Shown in pieces: positions 8,934 through 15,725 of a stretch of 22,104 bases of DNA. The stretch is from a candidate division WOR-3 bacterium. Its GTDB lineage: Bacteria; Hydrothermota; UBA3072; B12-G15. The position numbers and the translations under genes are program-made. The stretch's first letter is position 1; each line of letters begins with the position of its first letter. Location of the stretch: assembly GCA_965649055.1 (NCBI GenBank), contig CBFGJG010000008.1:1-22104 (forward strand), given 5' to 3'. Under the pieces are notes generated by a model. That model saw only the letters and a program-made list of their open reading frames with translations. It did no database searches and had not been told where the DNA came from.

Positions 8934-9280
8934 AAAAAGTAGTAATTCTTTCAATTCATCCACCGTATGGGACAGCTATAAATGCAGAGGCATTCAGGGC
9001 GGGTCTTGGTCTTGCTTTTTCAGAGATCTCTGTTCATCTTGTGTTATGTCAGGATGGAGTATTTGCCGCTTTAAAGAATCAGGACCCTAAATCAATTCAG
9101 ATGAAATCTATGGAAGAAGTTTACAAAAACATATCATCAATGGGAATAAATCTCTATATTGATAGAAAATCAATGGAAGAACGAAATATAAAAGAAGATG
9201 AAATAGTTAGTGCTAAAATAATTGATGAAGAAGAATTAAAAAACCTTATAAATTCTGCAGATACAGTTCTTACTTTTTAG
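8930..9280 (+). CDS. dsrF: DsrF/TusC-family subunit
   Basis: MKKVVIL...PPYGT...AEAFRAG, QDGVFA, SMEERNI, C-terminal ADTVLTF. ATGA overlap with dsrE. Confidence 0.8.
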   Translation: MKKVVILSIHPPYGTAINAEAFRAGLGLAFSEISVHLVLCQDGVFAALKNQDPKSIQMKSMEEVYKNISSMGINLYIDRKSMEERNIKEDEIVSAKIIDEEELKNLINSADTVLTF

Positions 9281-9288
9281 GAGGAAAT

Positions 9289-9552
9289 ATGAAAACTCTG
9301 TGGATCTTCCTTCATACACCAAACACAAACAATATAAAATGTGTTCAAAGAATGACAGATAGTGAAGATGCTGTTCTTTTCTTACAAAACGGTGTTTATG
9401 CAGCGAAATTGAATATTGATATAAAAAGTCCTGTATATTACCTGCGTGAAGATGTAAAAGCAAGAGGAATAAATGTGGATGAAAAATACCTTGTAGATTA
9501 TTCACAAATGATAGAACTCATTTTTAAATATGATAGGGTTGTAACTTTTTAA
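9289..9552 (+). CDS. dsrH: DsrH/TusB-family subunit
   Basis: DAVLFLQNGVYAA, LREDVKARG, VDYSQMIELI. 87 aa, SD AGGAGG. Confidence 0.88.
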   Translation: MKTLWIFLHTPNTNNIKCVQRMTDSEDAVLFLQNGVYAAKLNIDIKSPVYYLREDVKARGINVDEKYLVDYSQMIELIFKYDRVVTF

Positions 9553-9560
9553 ATTAAAAT

Positions 9561-10700
9561 ATGAGTGGAGACATAGAAATTTATAAGATAGATAATAAGG
9601 AAAAAAGGGATATTTTTCATTTTATTCAATTACCTCATTTTCTTTATAAAAATTCATCCTGTTGGGTCGCTCCATTCAACGTTGATGTTTATCTTCAATT
9701 GAATAAACTTAAGCACCCTTTTTATGAACATTCTGATGCTGATTTTTTTATTGCTATTAAAAATAATAAAGTAGTGGGAAGAATAGCCGCTATTGAAAAC
9801 AAAAGATACAATAAATACCACAATACTAATATCGCAAATTTTTATTTTTTTGATTGTGAAAATGAACAAACAGTTGCGGATAAATTGTTTGATGCTGTTT
9901 TTAACTGGGCAAAGAAAAGAGGTTTGAATACCATTGTTGGTCCTAAAGGTCTGGGTGCATTTGATGGTTACGGTATACTTATAAAGGGATTTGAACACAT
10001 GCAAACTATGAATATGCTGAATTACAACTTTGATTATTACTCCAAGTTACTTGAAAAACTTGGGTTTGAAAAAGAGGTTGATTTTGTATCTTATTATCTA
10101 CCTAAAGATAAATATAGAATACCCGAGAGGATTGAAAAAATTGCTAAAACCATTTACGATAGGGGCGAACTAAAAATATATAATTTCAAAAGTAAAAAAG
10201 AAATGTTAGGATTTGCTGAAAAGATTGGTAAACTTTATAATGCCTGCTTTATAAATAACTGGGAATATTATCCATTAACAGATAATGAGATAAGGTTCAT
10301 AGCTAAAAATATAATTTCATTTGCCGATTACAGACTTATTAAACTTATTATTTTCAAAGATGAAATCGTAGGTTTTATTTTTGCATTTCCAGATATTTCT
10401 GAAGGTATGCGCAAGGCAAAAGGTAAAATTAACCCGCTAACCATTTTTAATATCCTCATGGAAATGAGAAAAACAGATAAACTCACAGTAAATGGTATTG
10501 GTATACTCCCGGAATTCCAGGGACATGGTGGGAATGCCCTACTCTATTATGAATTGGGAAAAACTATTTTAAGATTTAAAAGATTCAAGCATATTGAGAT
10601 GCCACAGGTTGCAGAAACTGCCAAACAAATGACATTAGATATAAAAAATTTAAATGGTGAAGAATACAAAAGACATAGAATTTACAGAAAAAATATTTAA
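9561..10700 (+). CDS. YghO-like tandem GNAT-fold protein, function unknown
   Basis: WVAP......LN..KHPFYEH, VVGRIAA, FFDC, IVGP, YN..YY..LLEKLGFEK, GILPEFQGHG (acyl-CoA-binding motif A-like). Confidence 0.65.
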   Translation: MSGDIEIYKIDNKEKRDIFHFIQLPHFLYKNSSCWVAPFNVDVYLQLNKLKHPFYEHSDADFFIAIKNNKVVGRIAAIENKRYNKYHNTNIANFYFFDCENEQTVADKLFDAVFNWAKKRGLNTIVGPKGLGAFDGYGILIKGFEHMQTMNMLNYNFDYYSKLLEKLGFEKEVDFVSYYLPKDKYRIPERIEKIAKTIYDRGELKIYNFKSKKEMLGFAEKIGKLYNACFINNWEYYPLTDNEIRFIAKNIISFADYRLIKLIIFKDEIVGFIFAFPDISEGMRKAKGKINPLTIFNILMEMRKTDKLTVNGIGILPEFQGHGGNALLYYELGKTILRFKRFKHIEMPQVAETAKQMTLDIKNLNGEEYKRHRIYRKNI

Positions 10701-10707
10701 TAAATCC

Positions 10708-10735
10708 TTGACAAAAAATAAAAATATATTAGACT
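10708..10735 (+). promoter_or_regulatory. Sigma70-like promoter of the gcvPB/GlmL-like operon (probably leaderless)
   Basis: TTGACA 10708-10713, 16 bp spacer, TAGACT 10730-10735, 6 nt (GAAGAT), ATG 10742. No SD. Confidence 0.72.
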
Positions 10736-10741
10736 GAAGAT

Positions 10742-12172
10742 ATGAAAATTTTAAAAGAAAAATCAAGGCAAGGTAATACTGGATACAGTTTACCTGAATT
10801 AGATGTAAATAAAAAAGAAATCAAGGATTTTATTCCAGAGGATTACATAAGAAAAGAAAAACCAGATCTACCCGAGCTCTCAGAGCCAGATGTTGTAAGG
10901 CATTTTGTAAATCTATCAATACTTAATCATCATGTTGATAAAGGATTTTACCCCCTCGGTTCATGCACAATGAAATACAATCCGAAAATAAATGAAGAAC
11001 TATCAAGATTATCATATTTTATTAATATCCATCCTCTTCAGGATAATGAAACTATTCAAGGTGTATTACAATTGATATACGAATTAGAAGAAATGCTTGG
11101 TAAAGTAACAGGTTTTAATTTTGTATCTCTTCAACCAGCTGCCGGTGCACATGGAGAACTTACAGGTCTTCTTATTATGAATGCTTACCACAAAAAGAAA
11201 GGAAAGATAAGAAAAAAAGTTTTAATACCGGATTCAGCCCATGGAACAAATCCAGCATCTGCAACAAGAGCTGGTCTTGAATCAATAAAAATACCATCAA
11301 ATGAAGAAGGTATATTAACACCAGATATTCTGAAAAGATACCTTGATGATGATGTTGCAGGTCTTATGATAACAAATCCCAATACCCTTGGTATTTTCGA
11401 AGAATACATAAAAGAGATTTCTGATATATTACACGAATACGATGCAATCCTGTATATGGATGGAGCAAATCTTAATGCACTTATGGGTTACTTCAGGCCT
11501 GGTGATTCCGGTGTTGATATTTTACATCTTAATCTTCATAAAACATTCTCTGCACCGCATGGTGGAGGTGGACCAGGTGCAGGTGGAGTATGTGTTCAGG
11601 AAAAACTTGAGAGATTTTTACCAATTCCAAGGATTGTTAAAAAAGATAAATTTTATCTTGATTTTAACTATCCTGACTCAATAGGTAAGGTGATTTCATT
11701 CTATGGGAATTTCAATGTCTTTATAAAAGCATATACTTATTTGAAGATAATGGGTAAAAAAGGATTAAAATTAGCTACAGAGCAAGCTGTTATAAACGCA
11801 AATTATCTTTTAAGAATACTTGAAAAATATTATGAACTACCATATAAGAGAAGATGTATGCACGAATTTGTCCTATCAGGTTCTAATCTTAAAAAATACG
11901 GGGTAAAAACACTTGATGTAGCAAAGAGACTCCTTGATTTCGGATTACACGCACCAACCGTTTATTTCCCTTTAATTGTTCAGGAAGCTTTAATGATTGA
12001 GCCTACTGAAACTGAATCAAAAGAAACCCTTGATGATTTCGCATCAAAGATGATTCAGATTACGAAGGAAGCCGAAACTAACCCTCAAATACTTAAAGAA
12101 GCACCTGTTAATACACCTGTAAGAAGATTAAATGAAGCACAGGCTGCAAGAGATCTAAATGTTCGGTGGTAA
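10742..12172 (+). CDS. gcvPB: Glycine dehydrogenase (decarboxylating), P-protein subunit 2
   Basis: YPLGSCTMKYNP, QPAAGAHGE, SAHGTNPASA, YMDGANLNA, PLP-lysine motif HLNLHKTF, PHGGGGPG, MIEPTETESKE. Length of 476 aa fits the split beta subunit. Confidence 0.97.
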   Translation: MKILKEKSRQGNTGYSLPELDVNKKEIKDFIPEDYIRKEKPDLPELSEPDVVRHFVNLSILNHHVDKGFYPLGSCTMKYNPKINEELSRLSYFINIHPLQDNETIQGVLQLIYELEEMLGKVTGFNFVSLQPAAGAHGELTGLLIMNAYHKKKGKIRKKVLIPDSAHGTNPASATRAGLESIKIPSNEEGILTPDILKRYLDDDVAGLMITNPNTLGIFEEYIKEISDILHEYDAILYMDGANLNALMGYFRPGDSGVDILHLNLHKTFSAPHGGGGPGAGGVCVQEKLERFLPIPRIVKKDKFYLDFNYPDSIGKVISFYGNFNVFIKAYTYLKIMGKKGLKLATEQAVINANYLLRILEKYYELPYKRRCMHEFVLSGSNLKKYGVKTLDVAKRLLDFGLHAPTVYFPLIVQEALMIEPTETESKETLDDFASKMIQITKEAETNPQILKEAPVNTPVRRLNEAQAARDLNVRW

Positions 12173-12500
12173 AGAGGATTTTTTCAATATATATTCAACT
12201 GATGACATCACTGAAGAAGAAAAAAATAAATTTATTGAAAAACTTGCGGAAGATATTGTGATCAGAAGGCTCGGGATACCGGCAATTATGTTTCTTGAAA
12301 GCATAAAACCTTTAAGTTTTGTGGGGTCTCAGATAATGATAATGCTTAATCCTTTTATTCAGGCAATATTCACTTCAAAGAACTACTGGATGGCTTCTTT
12401 AATTTTTGAAAAAAGGGAAAATGTAGAGTGCCTCATAAAACAAATAGAAAGGAGGCTTGATGAACAAAAAAGAGGAACTCAAGAGAATACTCGCAACTGA
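12159..12500 (+). CDS. Small hypothetical protein with central hydrophobic segment
   Basis: 113-aa ORF filling the gap between gcvPB and the GlmL-like gene and overlapping both; segment PAIMFLESIKPLSFVGSQ. Confidence 0.75.
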   Translation: MFGGKEDFFNIYSTDDITEEEKNKFIEKLAEDIVIRRLGIPAIMFLESIKPLSFVGSQIMIMLNPFIQAIFTSKNYWMASLIFEKRENVECLIKQIERRLDEQKRGTQENTRN

Positions 12501-14247
12501 TTGTGGTAGCACCACAACAAAGGCAATTTTGATAGAAAAAGTAAAGGATGAATATAGGCTAATAGTTAGGGGTGAAGCACCAACAACAGTTGAAGCACCT
12601 TTTGAAGATGTTACAAAAGGTGTTTTGAATGCTATAAGAGAGGTAGAAGAATTAACAGGAACACAGATACTTGATGGTGAGAAGATAATAAAACCTGCTG
12701 ATGGTAAGAAAGGTGTGGATATATATGTATCAACATCAAGTGCAGGCGGTGGACTCCAAATGATGGTTGCAGGTGTTGTGAAACAGATGACAGCTGAATC
12801 AGCTGCAAGGGCAGCACTCGGTGCAGGTGCTATTGTTATGGAAGTAATAGCTACAAATGATAATAGACTTGACCATGAGAGAATCGAACTTATAAGAAGG
12901 TTAAGACCTGATATGATACTCCTCTCGGGTGGAATTGATGGTGGAACTGTTACACATGTTGTTCACCTTGCTGAGATTATAGCAACTGCAGAACCAAGAC
13001 CGAGATTTGGTATAGGATATAATCTGCCTGTTATATATGCGGGCAATAAGAATGCAAGGGAAGAAATAAAAAAGATACTTGAATCCAAATCAGCACTTTC
13101 AATCGTTGATAATTTAAGACCGGTTCTTGAAAGGGAAAATTTAAGGCCTGCAAGGGATAAAATACACGATTTGTTTATGGAACATGTTATGGCTCATGCA
13201 CCTGGTTATAGGAAACTAATGGATTGGACAGATGTCCCGATTATGCCCACACCTGGTGCAGTTGGACTTCTAATCGAAACAGTTGCAAGGAAAGAGAATA
13301 TCGAGGTTTTAGGTGTTGATATAGGTGGAGCAACAACAGATGTATTCTCAGTATTCCAGGGTGTGTTCAACAGAACAGTTAGTGCAAACCTTGGAATGAG
13401 TTATTCAATCTCAAATGTTCTTAAAGAAACAGGTATTGAAAACATAATGAGGTGGGTTCCTCTTGATATAGATGAAAAAGAGGTTAGAAACAGGATCAGA
13501 AACAAAATGATAAGACCAACCACCATTCCCCATACACTTGAAGAGTTAAAAATTGAACAGGCTATTGCAAGAGAGGCATTAAGACTTGCCCTTATACAGC
13601 ACAGGGAAATGGCTGTTGGTCTAAAAGGTGTCCAGCAGGAAAGGACCATTTCAGATGCATTTGCACAAACTGCAACAGGTCAATCTTTGGTAAATATGAT
13701 GACATTGAATCTTGTTGTTGGTTCAGGTGGTGTTCTTTCACATGCACCAAGAAGGGTTCAATCTGCCCTTATGATGATTGATGCATTTGAACTTGAAGGT
13801 GTCACTAAACTCGCAGTAGATTCGATATTTATGATGCCACATCTTGGAGTCCTTTCCACGGTTCATGAAAGGTCCGCAACAGAGGTTTTTGATAAAGACT
13901 GTTTAATAAGACTCGGAACATGTATTGCACCTTCCGGGAATATAAGAAAAGAAGGTGAGAAGATATTGGTAATAAATTTTGATGGAAATACCATTGAACT
14001 CCGTGCTGGTGAAATGAAGTTAATTCCACTTGAACTTGGCAAAAAAATAAAAGTAGATTTATTACCTTCAAAAGGATTTGATGTTGGTGCAGGTAATGGT
14101 AAAGCTTTCTCTACTGAGATAGAAGGCGGTGTAGTCGGTCTGATACTTGATGGAAGGGGAAGACCTTTAAAGCTTCCAGACGACAGAAGCAAGAGAATAA
14201 ATAAACTGAATGAATGGTTCACTGAGTTAAAAATATACCCAAAATAA
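12460..14247 (+). CDS. glmL: Glutamate mutase L (GlmL/MutL)-like ASKHA-superfamily ATPase (family-level call)
   Basis: Phosphate-1 motif ILATDCGSTTTKA, SSAGGGL, LLSGGIDGG, YAGN, MPTP, phosphate-2 motif VDIGGATTDVFS, RTVSANLGMSYS, GSGGVLSH. SD AAAGGAGG 12448-12455 favours ATG 12460. Confidence 0.82.
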   Translation: MNKKEELKRILATDCGSTTTKAILIEKVKDEYRLIVRGEAPTTVEAPFEDVTKGVLNAIREVEELTGTQILDGEKIIKPADGKKGVDIYVSTSSAGGGLQMMVAGVVKQMTAESAARAALGAGAIVMEVIATNDNRLDHERIELIRRLRPDMILLSGGIDGGTVTHVVHLAEIIATAEPRPRFGIGYNLPVIYAGNKNAREEIKKILESKSALSIVDNLRPVLERENLRPARDKIHDLFMEHVMAHAPGYRKLMDWTDVPIMPTPGAVGLLIETVARKENIEVLGVDIGGATTDVFSVFQGVFNRTVSANLGMSYSISNVLKETGIENIMRWVPLDIDEKEVRNRIRNKMIRPTTIPHTLEELKIEQAIAREALRLALIQHREMAVGLKGVQQERTISDAFAQTATGQSLVNMMTLNLVVGSGGVLSHAPRRVQSALMMIDAFELEGVTKLAVDSIFMMPHLGVLSTVHERSATEVFDKDCLIRLGTCIAPSGNIRKEGEKILVINFDGNTIELRAGEMKLIPLELGKKIKVDLLPSKGFDVGAGNGKAFSTEIEGGVVGLILDGRGRPLKLPDDRSKRINKLNEWFTELKIYPK

Positions 14248-14259
14248 ACAGGAGGGAAA

Positions 14260-15381
14260 ATGGCTCATGCTTATACACCAGGCTTAAAGATTGCCAAGAA
14301 AACAATTGTGAGAAAAGAAAGAAAACTTCCATTAAAAGGAAATGTGATAGTTAAAGAAAATGATCTTGTTAAAGCAGATGACATAGTAGCAAAAACTGAG
14401 CTCCCAGGAGATGTTGAAACAATAAATCTTGCAGGAAAACTCGGGGTTATGCCTGATGAATTAAAAAACTTCTTGATAAAGAAAGTCGGGGACCCGGTAG
14501 AGAAAGATGAAGTAATAGCTGAAACAAAGGGATTTTTTGGAAAATTTAAGACCCAATTTAAATCACCTGTAAAAGGATACATTGAAACAATATCTGAAAT
14601 AACTGGTCAGTTAATCATAAGAGAACCTCCTATTCCTGTCCAGATAGATGCATATATTGATGGAAAAGTTGCAGAAATAATACCGAACGAAGGAGTTGTT
14701 GTTGAGACTGTTGCTACATTTGTTCAGGGTATATTTGGTATAGGTGGCGAAACAAAAGGTGTTATAAAAAGAATAGTTGATAAACCTTCTGATGAGGTTA
14801 CACCAGATATAATTGACGCATCTTTAAAAGACAAGATATGCATAGGTGGATCAATTATTACGAAAGATGCAATTGTTAAGGCAGTTGAAATGGGTGTAAA
14901 GGCAATTGTTGTAGGTGGAATAAATGACTACGACCTTAAAAGTTTTCTCGGTTACGATATAGGTGTTGCTATTACAGGTTTTGAAAATAAAGGTATCACG
15001 CTTGTTATAACAGAAGGTTTTGGTAAGATGGAAATGTCAAGAAAGGCATTTGATATACTCTGCTCATGTGAAGGTAAAAGGGCATCTTGTAATGGAGCAA
15101 CACAAATCAGAGCAGGTGTTATGAGACCTGAAGTTATCATTCCAATTGAATCTAAAGAAGCTGGAGAAGTAAGTATCAAAGAGACAAAAGGACTTGAGGT
15201 TGGTGATTATGTAAGGATTATTCGTGCACCATTTTTTGGCTTAATAGGAAAGGTTGCTGAACTTCCACCTGAACTTACAGATATTGAGACAGAAGCAAAA
15301 GTAAGGGTTCTTGTTGTCCAGCTTGATGATGGTAGGAAGATAACACTCCCAAGGGCTAATGTTGAAATAATAGAAGAATAG
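14260..15381 (+). CDS. Hypothetical protein with nested biotinyl/lipoyl-like (barrel-sandwich hybrid) domains, an alpha/beta middle domain and a C-terminal KOW motif
   Basis: Half-motifs VKENDLVKADDIVA and KKVGDPVEKDEVIA pair with FKSPVKGYI and IDAYIDGKV. C-terminal LEVGDYVRIIRAPFFGLIGKV is KOW-like. SD GGAGG. Confidence 0.75.
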   Translation: MAHAYTPGLKIAKKTIVRKERKLPLKGNVIVKENDLVKADDIVAKTELPGDVETINLAGKLGVMPDELKNFLIKKVGDPVEKDEVIAETKGFFGKFKTQFKSPVKGYIETISEITGQLIIREPPIPVQIDAYIDGKVAEIIPNEGVVVETVATFVQGIFGIGGETKGVIKRIVDKPSDEVTPDIIDASLKDKICIGGSIITKDAIVKAVEMGVKAIVVGGINDYDLKSFLGYDIGVAITGFENKGITLVITEGFGKMEMSRKAFDILCSCEGKRASCNGATQIRAGVMRPEVIIPIESKEAGEVSIKETKGLEVGDYVRIIRAPFFGLIGKVAELPPELTDIETEAKVRVLVVQLDDGRKITLPRANVEIIEE

Positions 15382-15389
15382 GAGGAATA

Positions 15390-15725
15390 ATGGAGTTCCT
15401 TTTACTTGCAGGAATAATACTTGCACTTGATACACTGAAAAACATAAATGCTATGAAGGATTCCTTCTCCACCCTAACGGCGTTAAAAGTCCCTATTGGT
15501 TTCGTTGTCCTATTAAAAGGTATATCTCTTTTATTTTATACGAAATTCCTTTTTCAGGGAATTATGGGGATAATTGCAGGGGCAATTTTAACGGTCGAAG
15601 TTTTTATTATTTTAATTAAAGACGATGATACTAGGGAAAGGGTTAGGCAGTCAATGTTAGGACTTTCAATTCCAGTTGGCTTTTTAACCCTTATTGCAGG
15701 TTTTATCGGATTATTCTTAAGATAA
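15390..15725 (+). CDS. Small integral membrane protein (3-4 hydrophobic segments)
   Basis: SD AGGAGG. Hydrophobic stretches such as VPIGFVVLLKGISLLF, FLFQGIMGIIAGAILTVEVFIILI and IPVGFLTLIAGFIGLFL. Confidence 0.75.
   Translation: MEFLLLAGIILALDTLKNINAMKDSFSTLTALKVPIGFVVLLKGISLLFYTKFLFQGIMGIIAGAILTVEVFIILIKDDDTRERVRQSMLGLSIPVGFLTLIAGFIGLFLR

Noticed and set aside
7839..9552. Dissimilatory sulfur oxidation or sulfate reduction locus
   Set aside because: No dsrAB, dsrC, dsrMKJOP or shdr genes in the window; carriers alone do not establish the pathway.
12460..14247. Calling this DNA mismatch repair MutL, or evidence of a glutamate mutase pathway
   Set aside because: The motifs are ASKHA-type, not GHKL, so the name overlap is coincidental. 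No mutase subunits are present in the window.
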